Part shown: positions 39,014 through 52,984 of the stretch, piece after piece | Position numbering within the stretch: position 1 is the first letter of the stretch | How the letters are laid out: every line of letters starts with the position of its first letter | Assembly: GCA_964106645.2 (NCBI GenBank) | Contig: OZ067038.1 | Reading direction: 5' to 3' (one strand) | Source: Podarcis pityusensis | Taxonomy: Eukaryota | DNA length: 64,000 nucleotides | Position numbers and translations under genes: made by a program | The notes under the pieces: generated by a model | Databases searched by the model: none | Told to the model about the DNA's origin: nothing | Seen by the model: the letters and a program-made list of their open reading frames with translations, nothing else

Positions 39014-40254
39014 TAACTTCTGTTTTAGAAGGCACAAGTCCGCTTATCTATATTGTACAACAGTTGCATGGCAGCCTTTGGTCATATACAGAAAAAATCC
39101 TTGCCTCAGTTGCCTCATATAAGTTAGACTCTAGGTGAAAAAAGTAAAAAAAAAAAATTAAAGTAGCAGACAGAAATATTTATCGTAGCGCAACAAATAA
39201 CAACCAAACTTATAAGAAAGCAAAGAATATACATTTTAGCAGCACAGCAAGAAGACGAAGAACAATAGTAACTGACTTGTAAGCATTGTGGCAAGATCCC
39301 ATCCTGGTTATGTAATATCTATTGATAGCCAAGAGAGGCCACTTATGTAAACTGCTGCAAGGGAAAAATGGAAAAAAATAAATATTAAATGACCTGGAGT
39401 CATTCAGAAACAGCTCTTCCTTGAAACAGAAAGCTCAAGGTTGCCAGTGCTCTTTTTTTAGCTTGCAGGATCAACATACAGACAATGTGCTAATATAGCA
39501 CTGGAAAATTTTGAGGCCCTTTGTTAGTGGAAATTAATGCGAATAGCATCATATTCCTGCTGGGGACTCTGGGATGTGCAGTCCCAGCCCCCTTCTTGGC
39601 ATAATAAGACATTCTGCTCTGAGCACCTGCAATTGCCACTTCTTGCTTCTTTCCTTGGGTAGGTTTCACAGGTCCCTAGGAGGGCAAGGAATAGGGAAGA
39701 TGGTTGAGGTAGTAGCAGTGGGTACTTGTGTATTTGATTCCTCATGACACCCCTACTCTTTATACAAACCTTTTCTCTGTGTGTAGTCATGCTGTTTCCC
39801 CATTCTATACCTCTCCTTCACTGATTGCATCCAGACTATAGTTTATCATGATGAGAAGGAGCCTAGATGAACAGGACTTGCACATTCTCCTGTCCTCTAG
39901 CATGGACATGAGAAGGAGATTGGAAGCTTCATTAATTGTACTTTACCTTTATGTCCAACTGTGCTTAATCCTTGCTATGGTTTGTTGAAACAAGCAAGCT
40001 TCATAAGCCATGGTTTTAAATTAGTTTGTTTTAAACATACCAGAGTAACTAACCATGGTCTGCCAGGTTCAAATAAAACAAGAAGCTGTGAGTTAATGAA
40101 AAAACCCAGAAACAATTTCTTCCAAACTCTTTTTTGCAGCTGTGCTGGAAGACCAATGTGGAGAAAGTTCACAGGCCCTAGGCTTGCCAAAGTTCATTCC
40201 TATTTTAACAAATCATGGTTTATCGTGATATGCTAACCCAGCCACTGCATTTTA

Positions 40255-40460
40255 CAGTCATACCCCATGTTGCATCCGCTTCAGGTTATGTTTTTTTGGG
40301 TTGCGGACTGCCGGAACCCGGAAGTACCAGAATGGGTTACTTCTGGGTTTTGGCAGTTGCGCATGCGCAGAAGCGCCAAATCACAACCTGCGCATGCGAA
40401 CACTGAGGGTTGCGAACGTGCATCCCACATGGATCATGTTCGCAACCCGAGCGTCCTCTG
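40255..40460. mobile_element. Tigger-like MITE
   Basis: TA-flanked cagtcatacccc...cgagcgtcctctg with imperfect TIRs. CpG-rich, with tgcgcatgcg palindromes. Confidence 0.65.
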
Positions 40461-41253
40461 TACTTACAATCTATTACTTATGTTTTGTTGAGAATGTTGT
40501 GATCCTTGAGGGGACAGTAGATATTTTAGTGTTCCCTACAAATACTATGGATCCTAGTATTCCACTTTTGACTTTTATGCTCGGATCCCTATCTTACACT
40601 TCACTCTGTCCATTTGCAGTGACAGAGTATCTGCCCTGCGCAGTCTGTTAGGTTACTGAGCCACAAGCAACTTGTTATTGCAAACTAGTGTGGTGTTTTT
40701 CCCTTCTTCAGAAATCTAAGTTAATGGCCATGTGTACATTATTAAACAGGCTGTTGGACAGCAGCCAGAGGAGTCTGGGAGCCAAGACTTGGTTCAGCCT
40801 GAACATTGTGTTCTCAGGACAGTTGCTCAGGGGATCTGGGCAAACCTGGGCAAACCCGAGAGCAGGAGGAGAGTGAGGAGCAACTTAGGGTTTTCCTCTT
40901 GGCGTGGCCTGTATCTATGCCTCTTCTTAACTTGATGGTATTAAGAGTATTTGTGCTGCCGTTCTATCACCTTCCAGCACAGACACACCCGCTCTCTTGT
41001 TCTTGGGAATCCAAAACATGTGGGTGTGTTTTTTTTTAAATACAGCAAGGTATCCAGGGAATGTTCTATCTTTTAACTCAGAGAGCAAGGCTGGAGCCTG
41101 TCCCCCCCCCCCCCGCTCTGCTTTGGAAACTTACTTAGAACACCTTCATCTTGTGGCAGCTCACATTAAGAATAGCAAGTAGATGGCAGGCACACTGTTT
41201 ATCTCTGCACTTTGTCTCCGCAGGGTTCCTACAACCAGTTTGATTTTTAATTA

Positions 41254-41422
41254 CCGTATTTTTCGCTCTATAACACGCACCCGACCATAACACGCATGTA
41301 GTTTTTAGAGGAGGAAAATCCGTAGGCATGCCACCCGTAGGCATTTCCTTCATAACACGCACAGACATTTCCCCTTACTTTCTAGGAGGAAAAAAGTGAG
41401 TGTTATGGTGCAAAAAATACGG
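41254..41422. mobile_element. pogo/Tigger-type MITE
   Basis: TIR ccgtatttttcgc / gcaaaaaatacgg, flanked by TA, with internal ataacacgca repeats. Confidence 0.88.
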
Positions 41423-43349
41423 TAATTTTTTTTCTGGTGGCAAAACTCTCTTCCACTCATTGGGATGCATATTTACCCAGGTTTTGAAGACTTGAAGGCA
41501 TACCTCCCAGTTCCAACTGTAGCAAAGATACACCTTTCTCCTCTCTATTTTGCACAGGCAAAATATGGCATCAGTAGTACTGGCAGTCAAGAAGGTCCTG
41601 TATTAGATTTACACAAAAGTGTGGTTGGGATATACTTCATCTGATGATGGGGAAAGGGGCCTAATAATTTCCCAACATCGCATTAGTTGCTTTAACAATA
41701 CCACTTACCTTAAGCAGTGGGTGGCTTTGCCAGCTGCCATAGCAGCTGCAGCAATGACTCCTGAGCTCTGCCTCCAGTTGGATAGTTTAGATTTAGCCAG
41801 CCTGCCAAATTGGGTCAATGGCAGGCAGGCTCAGGGGAGGCTCACTCTGGAGGGCAGGGGGTGGGCCTGACTGGGTCCACAGAGGACTCCATGCAGGTCC
41901 ACTCCCCAGGAGCAGTCAGGCTGGTTGATATTGGTTGTAATCCAATTCCTTTACCAAACATCTTGCATTTGTCATCAAGAAAGTTTTGGCCTGATTTGAA
42001 CCATATAAGGTTGTCACAAGTGGTCTTTGGTCAGTGGTGGCCTGCAGGGCAGTGGGCAGCATGGCACCTGGACATGCAAAGAAGTGCTATAAATGACTCC
42101 ATCCTCAGGTTCTTGCCTAAATTCTCAGGCCTTGTGACATCTCTCAGTGGTAGCTTTACCCTATAGAATTTTTCTTCCGCTGGGTTTCTTTGTTTCCTGC
42201 ATGAAGTAGCCAGGGCTTCTTCCACCAGGAGCAAGAGTGGAAACCCCCTATTCTTCATCATCTGGTTTAGAGATTTTAACAATTCACTGCACTCAGGAAT
42301 ATAGAGTGAATGGGCATGCTTCTGCTGCAGAGGGATTCCTTCTGGGGAGCAGTAGAACCGCTTCAGTAACTGCTTTGTTCTCACAGGGGCCAACCAGATG
42401 TTCATGGGAAGCCAGAAAGCAGAACCTGAGCACAACAGCATCCCCCTGCCCTGTGATTCCCAGTAACTTGAATTCCCAGCACAGTTCCTCAGTCAATGGA
42501 GGTAGAACACAACCATTGTGGCAAATGGTAACCTTGTTCTCCATTAATTTGTCGAATCCTCTTTCAAACCCATTCCAAGTTGGTGGCTGTCACTGCCTCT
42601 CTGACCCAGGACTTTTCCACACAGACCACGAGTAACTCCTTTCCCCCTCCCCTCCCCTCACTGAGAGCTATGCAAGGCCTCTTCCATCCGGAAGCTGGAG
42701 TAGTCAGAGAGGCTATCTCCATTTGACAGTTTATGGGAATCCAGCTTGCTGCCCCCCAGTCTCCTGCTCTTGCTACAACTTTTCAGAAAAGCCCCACCTC
42801 TAACTCTAGTCATTCTCTTGCCGCCCACTCACTCTATAGACATATTATTTGGCTTGGTTCTTGAGAAATGGCTGGGAACAGGAAGTAGGTTTTGTGTCAC
42901 ACTGTCTGGATCAGAGGCGATGCTTTCTTCCTACGAGGCTAGGGAGAGATGCTTCTGGGATGTGTCATTGCTTTCCAGCTATGAGGGCAACTTTGGAACA
43001 CCTGCCTTTAGCAGCTTGGGGCTACAGTCGCTGCTCATGAATCTCTGCTGCTCATGAAAGGAAGAAGAAAAGCAATTGTGCTTCTATTCCCTAGTCTGAC
43101 GTGAGGAGATCTTCCTTTCCCTCTTGCTAGTATTAAAACATGCCCAGTATCAGCCTAATGAGTGGAAGTGTGCTCCTCTTAAAGATCTTCCAGCTGCCTG
43201 AATTGTCCTCACTTTGGCCAGAATGAGTTTAGAACACCCCCCACAAAGAGTTTCACACAAAGCTAATTTGGCATTAGGGGCAGTATCCAGCGAGCACATT
43301 CCTTCAGCGCAATGATTTATGCTTGTGCAACAGAACTCCCCCCCCCTTC

Positions 43350-43352
<3 letters not shown>

Positions 43353-43381
<29 letters not shown>
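43353..43381. repeat. (GT)n microsatellite
   Basis: Directly visible. Confidence 0.95.
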
Positions 43382-43382
<1 letters not shown>

Positions 43383-45303
43383 CCTGCATCTTCCCCAGAT
43401 CTGCTCTGGAGGGTTGGGGGAACCCCTAGAACAGATTTAGTGGGTGGGTGGGGAATTCAATTGCTCAAGTGTAAATCCTTGTGCTGATGGGATGTGTTAT
43501 CTGAATACCACACTAGAAGCCTCTGCAGACTTGTGGTTTTTTTTGCAGGACTATTCAGCACTTTGCCATTGATGCAATAAAAGTGCATTAGTGATGAATT
43601 TACACTGGGCTATCTACACATCATCTCAGTTTATCAGTTGTTCTGTGATGCTTCCCCAACAGTAGTCATTACCATCATTGCTATATGGAAGGGCCCTCTT
43701 GCACTACAGTGTAATAAAAGTGGACCACCGCCCCAAGCATTTGTAGCATAAAATGTTACGGGATTTCAGCAGCAAATTATGGGATTGATTGGAAATGGAG
43801 CAGCACGTCTGCCCCCCAAAATTTCCAGGCTCAAACAATATGGAAAGCAGTACTGCAAATAACTGTCCTCATGCCTTCATGAGTAGAGATTATGATGGAT
43901 GCACAATAAAAAGGTTGTTTGGAGGGGATCTAGGATAAAAATAGGAAAAATAAGGGGTGGAGGTGCCATATGGTGTGGAGATTTCCTCCAGTATTTCACT
44001 ATATATAAGCAGCGCCTTTGGTTCCTGCTCTTTCTGTGTTCACCTGCAGGTTTTGTGGTGATGAGGTGTACTTAGTCAACTCGTTCAAGCCCTGACAAAA
44101 TGCCGTGTGTTGATATGCCCTTAGGAAGCCATGGGAAGCTTGAGCTTATTTTGTATTTGCATTTTTGTCTGCCTCTCGCATAATTTTTAATGAAGTTAGC
44201 ATTCTCAAGATTCCAACGAGATTGCAGGTTGCACAAGAGGAGACTGAGGTGCCATCTAGCCACTGGCCCTCAAGACATGTATATCAAGTGGGTGTAGCCA
44301 GTGCTAAAAGTTTAAAATGTCTGGGCAGTGAAAAAGGGGGATTCTGTAGCCTGCATGTATAATGCAAATTAAGCAAATACATACTTAGCATAACTCCGCT
44401 CATGGAGAAGTGCAGATGTTACTTGAACTCGTCCCTTAGCTGCATCACTTTGTTCGTTTTCTCTGCACAAATCATCCCCTACAGAGTTACTATCAAACAT
44501 TGCTAACAAAACCCAGCTGTAACTATGCATGTGGGAATGATAGTGTTCCTGAAAATCACCTTTTTTGTTCATGAATTTGGGGCTTTGTTGTTGTGCTGTG
44601 TTTGTATTGTTTGGGGATCAAGCAATGCATCACATCATTTTTCAGTGGAAATCTTTTGTACTCAATATTTCCCAGGATTTTTGCGTGCTTTTTCTTTTTT
44701 CTTTTTTAGCTATAAATTTTTAATGTTTCCCCAATGAAATGCAGTTGACAGAGCCTGGAAAGAAGCTGTTGGAATCTCAGGAATGTTGTCACTGCTTGGA
44801 AAAATGGAGTGTGTGCTTGTCCCTGGACACTCACTTCCTTTTTGCTCACTACATCAGCGGCAGGGCACATGGAAGTAACGCTAGCACAATTCAGAACATC
44901 ATGCAAGATTTCTCCAGGCAGCAGCTCCAGAGAGTGAAGCAGCACCTGCCTATGGGGAGCATTGTGGGATGTAGCAAATGGGAATAGCTTTCATTGTAAG
45001 GAAAGGGTTTGTGGGTAGGTTGAGGGGTGGATGACAGTAGGTTTCTAATCAGTAGTGTCATCTCAAGCTGAATTTGACAAGTGACTCTGATGGATTACGT
45101 AGTGTCTTTGTCAGCTGATCCAGGGTGTGCATTATCCTGCTGGTCCTGTATGCCAGTTGGCCTGACTGCTGTCCATTAGTTCAGGATAGTAAGGGTTCAG
45201 CTTAGATCTGATGGAATGCGTAATGAGCAATATGCTGTAGCAGCTGCTCTGTTCAGGAATGGATTGATTTATCTAGCATACCTATGTTCATGTAAGGCAG
45301 TTA

Positions 45304-45545
45304 CAGTGGTACCTTAGGTTAAAAACTTAATTCGTTCTGGAGGTCCGTTCTTAACCTGAAACTGTTCTTAACCTGAGGTACCACTTTAGCTAATGGGGCT
45401 TCCTGCTGCTGCCGCGCTGCCGCCGCACGATTTCTGTTCTCATCCTGAAGCAAAGTTCTTAACCCGAGGTACTATTTCTGGGTTAGCGGAGTCTGTAACC
45501 TGAAGCGTCTATAACCTGAAGCGTCTGTAACCCAAGGTACCACTG
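45304..45545. mobile_element. Tc1/mariner (Tigger-like) MITE
   Basis: TIR cagtggtacctt / aaggtaccactg, flanked by TA. Related to 30659-30899. Confidence 0.88.
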
Positions 45546-47593
45546 TATTTGGGTGCAGAAGCATAACATTCAATAAAATCCTGAAGTCTAACATCAGTAG
45601 CAGCACACACATATGTAGTCACAAAAATTTCTGGAAGCCACAGGAGGGAAGAGTGCTCTTGTGCTCAAATACAGCTTGCCAGTGTCCCATGAACATCTGG
45701 TGAGCCACTGAGAACAGGGTGATGGATTAGATGGGCCTTTGGCCTGATCCAGCAGGCTCTTCTGATGTTCTTATATATTTGTAGTTACATGTCATTGAAC
45801 TATGAAATATTAAAGTTGAAAGTGTTTGGGTGTTTCTTTCCCCCCCTTTTTAATAAGATACCTTCAATGGTGTGAAGGTAATTACGGAATGAATGATTGA
45901 CCCTGGCCACACCCGTATACTTTGTTTCATTTCCTATGTTGTTCAGCCTTCACACAGGATTGCCACAGAATTCCCAGATTTGTTACTTCTGGAGCTGGTC
46001 AGAAATCTAGCATACAATCTCAAAGTAAGGTAGTCTTGCTCTGATTAGTGATCCAGACCCAGAGCAGCAACTTCCACTTTAGGTTTATTGTGGCATGGCT
46101 GTGTGCAACTGGTTTCTGTTTAAATGAACTTTTATTGCAATTTCCATAGTATAATTAGAGAGTCACTGTATAATAAGTAGTAGAGAACTTAATCCATAAA
46201 GAGCACATGAGCTTCTACCACATGCTTCAGATGTACACCATTCTGTTGCAGGATAAATAAATTCTGTGCCACATTTTTTAAAAAAGGGATAAGTTCATAA
46301 TGCCCTTTGGTGTTGCCATCCTTTTCATGTGTAGGATGAAGAGTGCTTGTAAAAAGCCACTCTGAGATGGAAGTACATGGCTGCGTTTTCATTTCAGTTG
46401 GCAATACCCTTGTATGGCTTTGCACGGCTTTTGGGTTGACATTTACAGTGGTTGCAAATTGTATCATTCCTTTGCTGTGTACTTTCAGCAGCAGCTCCAC
46501 TAAACTTTCTTTCAACTCTTTTGCCAACTGGCAGAATGAGTCAGAGGGATGCATTCTGAGTCAGCAGGCTCTGCCTGTCTGTGGCTATCTAAACTAGAAG
46601 CCTTAACTTGGTAACTTTCACAGGGCTATTGCAACACAGACGAGAATTGCGAACCATCTGAAAGGTCTCAGTTGGTTCATGAACCTTGATCTAGTCAGAA
46701 ATCAGAGCTTGGAATAGGCAGATACGGAAAAAGTAAAATCCAGTCTTGGAGGAAAGTGTTTATGTTTTTTCTGTCACACCAGGAGTGGCCAATCTGGTTC
46801 CCTCCAGATGTTGTTGGACTACAACTCCCAGCATCCCTGACTATTGGGCCATGTTGGATGGGGCCAATCATAGCTGGTCAGAGCTGATCGGAGGGAACCA
46901 CATTGGTTACCTGCACATCTCACTATCTGCCAGTTGTAGCTCTGGATAGGAAGACACCTTGAATGACAAAGAAGCAAATGAGAAACCTAAATTTAAGAGC
47001 TGCACAGTTGTAAAAAAAATGGCGGGAGGAACGTTGACCCATATTGAATGCTGTTGGAAGCTCATTGTAAGCTTTCTCTGATCCCTGCTGGCACAGCTTG
47101 TGTTTATGGCTGAAGAGGGGCAAGGTACAAATGCTTTAAATATATAAATATTACTTTTGCTTAGAGCAAAATAAAATCAGTCCCACCCAGGCAAGAGGAA
47201 TCAGCCATCCCTGCATCTGACCATTCTTTGCAATCCAGAAAACTGTTTGACACATCTAGACACATCTAGGGAACAGATGTATTTCCAAATGATGTATCGG
47301 GTATGTATTTATTAAGTGCATGGAAAATAGGTTAGGTGGGAAGGCAGGGTATTTGCAAAATTCAGGTGAATTATTGGGAGTTTTGGTAAACTGAACATAT
47401 CTAAATGTGTTGAATTGTTTCTTTAAATGTAAAGGTTCATCATTGTTCCACCCGATGTGTATGTCTTTAAGGGGCCAGAGCAAGGGCCAGAGCAAAATAA
47501 CGAGACCTAGCTTTACAGCTGTGAAACATAGCAGGTGCTGCTGAGTTGTATTGATTAAGCTGTGTCAGCAATTGGGTGTAGTATATAAGGAGC

Positions 47594-48099
47594 CTAGACA
47601 GCATCTTAAAAAGTAGAGACATCACCTTGCCAACAAAGGTCCGTATAGTAAAAGCTACGGTTTTCCCAGTAGTGATGTATGGAAGTGAGAGCTGGACCAT
47701 AAAGAAGGCTGATCGCCGAAGAATTGATGCTTTTGAATTATGGTGCTGGAGGAGACTCTTGAGAGTCCCATGGACTGCAAGAAGATCAAACCTATCCATT
47801 CTGAAGAAAATCAGCCCTGAGTGCTCACTGGAAGGACAGATCGTGAAGCTGAGGTGCCAATACTTTGGCCACCTCATGAGAAGAGAAGACTCCCTGGGAA
47901 AGACCCTGATGTTGGGAAAGATGGAGGGCACAAGGAGAAGGGGACGACAGAGGATGAGATGGTTGGATGGTGTTCTTGAAGCTACCAGCATGAGTTTGAT
48001 CAAACTGCGGGAGGCAGTGGAGGACAGAAGTGCCTGGCGTGCTCTGGTCCATGGGGTCACGAAGAGTCGGACACGACTAAACGACTAAACAACAACAAC
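47594..48099 (+). mobile_element. 5'-truncated BovB (RTE) LINE
   Basis: ORF 47627-48088 reads PTKVRIVKATVFPVVMYGSESWTIKKADRRRIDAFELWCWRRLLRVPWTARRSN..., the BovB C-terminus. (CAA)n tail and TSD atataaggagc at 47583-47593 and 48100-48110. Confidence 0.95.
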
Positions 48100-48299
48100 A
48101 TATAAGGAGCAGCACCTAGCTCTCCCATTACCCTGGGGGATGGGTTGGTGGTTGGGTCTGGTTTGTTGTTGATGTATTTAGTGTAAATGGAGTTTTTGTT
48201 TTTCTTACTAAAACCTTGTTTAAGTACTTTATGAGTCCCTTTTTAATGCTTGGTCTCCCCAGCAAGCTCTTTGCAGCGCTACTAAACTGCAAATAGCCA

Positions 48300-49950
48300 A
48301 CAAAATGAACCTCTTAAATGTAAAAATGGAGGGAGGACTCATGTATCAGATGGATAGCAACTCAGTGGTATGGGAAAGGAGATACAAGCAGTGGACAGAG
48401 AGCAGCATCTTTGGTCATGTAAGATGAAGGATTTATGGAAAAACATGTAGAGAAAAGAGGAGAAGACAAATATGTAAAAAAGTACGAGACTGGAAAATTA
48501 AATCAAACCCAAACCCAGAAGGTCCGTTTTAGCACAATTAAGTTGGAGAAAATGGGCATTCATTCTATGAGAGATGGCAGAGTAGGCCAGAATAGAAGAT
48601 TGGGGCAAGAGATGAGTTGAAAAATTAAAGTAACAAAAGTTGTAGGTCATCATTCTTAAGGTGGTGTTGAATGCAAAATGAATATATAATGTAAAAAGAA
48701 GGGGGCCTAATACTGATCTCTCAAGAACTCCTGTAAAGGGGAAAAACTGTAAAAAATGAACAATTGGAAAACTCCTTAAAAGAGCGATGAGAAAGTTGTT
48801 ATTAAAATCATGAGAAAACAATGCCTGAAAAATGTAAGATAGAAAGGAGAAATGAATGGTTGTCTGAATCAGAGACTGTATTGGAGATGAGCCCAGCACT
48901 AGATGTGCAGAATATTAACTCTTAGATTTTGCTGAAAGGAGATACGCAATTGGCAATATGCGTCAGAAAAGAGCAAAACCAGATTGAAAAGGATCTATAA
49001 GAGAAAGTGAAAGAGAGGAAAGTAGCAAAACAACCCTAGGCATGTCTATTCCTAAGTAAACCACAGAATAAGATTATCAATAAGATAAGATAAGAACAAA
49101 GGAAGAAAAGACTTAAAAAATAAAATAAAAAGGCCCACAAGGGCAGAATTAAAGGAAGAACCCGAAGACAGAAACATGGCAAATGTAGAATAGAACCTAG
49201 AAGGAAAGTTCAAAAGGGTAATAGAATTTTACATGGGAACTTGGTCAAGAGGATTAGTATTAGCATGGATTTAAATGGAAACAAATCAGATAAGTTAGAG
49301 AAAAAGAAGCAAAGGAATCAGCATCTTAATGATATGGAAGAAATGTCAGAAAAAAAGCAATGCAGAAGATGTTCAGAATGAAGGGCAGATAGAAAAAAGT
49401 CTTGTCCAAAGAAAATTCACTAAAAGCTAGTGGACAAAAGAAAGAAGAGCATGGGTGGCAGGTTGAAGAAGTAAAGTTTACAAAAAGGAAAGAGTAGGGG
49501 ATGAGAAATGTATATGAGAAGAAATTTTTAATTGCTTAGCCAAGGACAGAGCTGAAGAAAACATAAAACTGCAATGAAAGTATTCAGGAGAAGAATGATC
49601 TTTACACCATAGACCTTCAGCAGAATGAAGGGTAGAGATAACGAACATTTGGAGTAAACAGGATGACAGAAGAAAAAGAAAGCATGATCAACACAACAGA
49701 GCAAAACAGACAAGCGAGAAAGGAAGTACAGAGGTAAGTGATGATGTTGCAGAGTGTGCGAAGGAAGCAGATGAAAGCCGATAGAGATAAACAGAAGTTC
49801 TTGGGATCACATGACCGATGGTCAAATGACAACATGAGACAGAGGAGGAATGCGAAGGAGAATATTGAAGAATAAAATAAATAAATGGTGATCTAATAAG
49901 TTCATTAACAGAACAACAAGAAGAAACAACAACAAGATCTTGGATATTAT
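48300..49950 (-). mobile_element. Ancient L2 LINE ORF2 remnant
   Basis: The minus strand gives GVLERSVLGPLLFTLYI (cf. L2 RT GVPQGSVLGPLLF) and MNAHFLQLNCAKTDLL. The + strand is strongly purine-skewed and the frames carry many stops. Confidence 0.75.
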
Positions 49951-49962
49951 CAGCTGTGTGAG

Positions 49963-50100
49963 CAGGGCTTTCCCCCCCAGCTGGAACTTGCCAGAACTCA
50001 GTTCTGGCACCAATCAGGTGGGTGCCATTGCCATTATAAGAGAACAAGGGAGGTGCTCATGTTGACTTTCAGCACCTCTTTTTCAAGAAAAATAGCACTG
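49963..50100. mobile_element. hAT MITE
   Basis: Imperfect TIR cagggcttt / atagcactg and a perfect 8-bp TSD tgtgtgag at 49955-49962 and 50101-50108. Confidence 0.85.
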
Positions 50101-52984
50101 TGTGTGAGCAAGGGGAAGGAAAGAGCTCCAGAAGATATGAGGATGTCTGCTCAGATGCCCACAGGAGGGCGAGGCACAAAGGAAGGGAGAGGAGAGGAAA
50201 AAAACCAGGTCAAAGATTGACTCATCAAGCATTGAGCATCACCTCCCCAGATGACCTGTTTATTGAGCCCCTAATTTGCTTGCACAATGCCTGTCTGGAT
50301 GTTAGATTATATCCAATCTTTATTGAGTATTCATTCTGATTTGCTAGTGGGGTGTTTATACGTCTTCCTGTTATTCAGACACCCCAGACTTTTCAATGCA
50401 TTTCCCCATAACTTTGTAAATGGCAAAATAATCTGATTCTTTTTTAAAAGTGGATTCGTTGGGCTGGGGCAACAAAGCCCTTTAATCCAGTTTAACTGCA
50501 GAAACCTACGGTTCTAATATGTGCTTGTATCTCTCCTGCATAATAGTGACAGTCTGGAAGAACCACAGTCCTTTTTTGGAAATTGTGTACTGTGCCCTGC
50601 TTTGATACTCTCCCCATCCCTGCTTTTGTGGTCCAAGAGAGGTAGCAGTATGAGGAGATACATCGAGGTGCTGGTTGATTGCAGCTGGATAGGTTAGTCA
50701 CTATTCAATGGCCTTCTCTGGCCAATGATGTGAGGGGAAGTGTAGTACCCATCCACCAGGTCTTCCAAAAAGAAAATGCACTGCTCTCTACAGTGGAAGA
50801 TTTCAAACATCAGTCCATACATCGTATAAATAATATAGAAGGTTCCCATTGCCAGCAGTCAGGTGGACACTTTGCATACTGAAGAAATCAATTCGTGAAG
50901 AGTACAGGCACCATCTTTCAGTTCAGCCACACTTCTGTGCAAAAGCAGGGAATGGGTGGGCACAGCTGAAGCAGCCTGAGCACAGGCAGGGAGAACTGTG
51001 GAAGAGCAGGCGACAAGGGAAGGACCTGTGGATATCCATTCATTTGGCGATTAGTGTCTTGGAAGGACACCACTTGAGACTTTCTGGCTTCCTCCATCCC
51101 CAAGAGCTTATCCTGGTATGTCACCTCTCATTCTCTAAAGTATTCCGTGGTGGCCAGGCACTCTGCAGGGTCACAGCATTGTTCAGGCTCCCCTTCCAAG
51201 CTTCCATCTTCAGCAAGCTCACACGGTCGAGCCCGGGAACGGCAGCAAATCCCTTCAGACTTAACTTGGTTTTAAAACGTTCCCTTCTCTTTCTTCTTTT
51301 GTTTGAGACATTTGGCGGCTCCAGCTTTTTAGAAGCAGCCATCTCCGAGACAAATGCCCCTAATGTGCAAGCCACAACTGGATCCAGATGTGCAATAAAG
51401 TTGCAGCGTAGGGATGGGAAGAGGGGGAGGCACCCGGAAAGCTTGACTCATCAAGGGCCGACTGTGTTTTGGGAGGTATAGGCTTCTGGCCAGGGAGGTG
51501 TGTGAGCGGGGGGATCATAATGCATGCAGTGCGACTCCCCTTGAGCTGATGGAAATTTTTAAAAAGGCTGAGAGAAGAATTAATCCCAGAAGTAAGGGAG
51601 GGACCAGTTCCTGTGCTGTCTTCCAAAGAACTGCCCTTAAAGGAACTGTCCAGCTGCCCAAATGTTTGGGCAGTTTAAAAGGAGCTCAGTAGAACCTTCC
51701 CGCTGCCTGGGTTTTGTTGATGTTGCAGTTGTGCCTGGTGAATGCTAGCATCTGCCATGAGTAAGTGAATGTAAAATGTCAGTTCCTCTGTGTCTCTCGT
51801 GGGATTCTGCAAGGGGGGGGGGGAATCAGGAGAGAAAGGATGGGCTAATAGAAGGGCAGGGCTGTGGGTATTTCATACTTGCTTAATAGACACTGTGGAG
51901 CCTGGTCCAGAAATTTCTCTTACAAATGTCGTTGGTCTCGATACTCCCACAGAATCAGAAGTAAAATGCAGCATTTGTGCACATGTCTGTCTGTTCTGAA
52001 CACATCTTTCATCTCCCTGTTGGGCATTTTCCTGTCCAAAAACACCCCTCTCCAGCTGATTCCCTTCCATTCCCCAGGGCTACAAATATAGGTTCGTACC
52101 CTTGTCAACCAAGGTTGTGTGTGGTCCTCTAGGTGTTACTGGACTGTAACGCCCATAATCCCTAATCATTGACCATGGCTGGGCTGATGGGAGATGGAGG
52201 GCCACAAGTCCTCCCCCCACCCCACAACTGCTAGAATATTGAGGGTGGGTGGAGAAGCAGCTTGGGAGACCAGGGTTCAAATCATGAAGCTCAAAGGGTG
52301 ACCCTGGGCCAGCCACTGTCTCTCAGCCTGACCAACCTCACAGGGCTGTTGTGAGGATGCAGTGAGAAGGGGATACTTTTGTTTGCTTCCTCAAGCTCCT
52401 TGGAAGAAAGATGGGAATATAAATAGATAGAAATAAATAAATCTGGAATCAAAAAAAGGGCTGGTGAAGTTTGCATGTAACATGTAAGTTTATGTCCTTG
52501 AGTCAGAGAAATGCAGTTTTTGTATTCCTCTTTCTCAGCCTTACAGCACAATTCTATGCATAGCTATTCAGAAAAGTTCCATTGGATTCAATGATAGTAA
52601 GTGAGTATAGGACTACAGCCTTAAACTTGGCCTTGCTCTGCACACATTCTCAATTGCTGTTCTCCACGTTGTCAAGGAATAGCCAAAACCTTACCCAGTA
52701 ATTACGGGTTAAGGCGGGGCGCATCATGGCCTGTCCCTCACCTTCTGTGTATGATCTGACATGGACAGCTAGGTAAACAAAACTGCGAAATGGTGAGCGT
52801 CTTGTCTAAACACTCCTTGAGCCTCCTTGTGCTGGTTGTAAAAGGATTAATGGAAGCAGGGCTCTATGCTGAACACATTTTATGACACAGTATTCCGTGT
52901 GTGTAAGAGCAATTGCATTCTGTGGGACTTCAGAACTTTAGGAAGTGACTGCTCTCTAGCATTCTATAGAAATTGATTTGTCTG

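Noticed and set aside
42001-42010. Perfect CArG box CCATATAAGG (others at ~50570 and ~63929)
   Set aside because: Several CC(A/T)6GG matches are expected by chance in 64 kb, and no clustering or conservation evidence is available.
47467-48060. 197-aa minus-strand ORF
   Set aside because: It is the antisense shadow of the BovB ORF.
48300-49950. Strong purine skew as a novel structural element
   Set aside because: It is explained by an antisense, decayed L2 ORF2.
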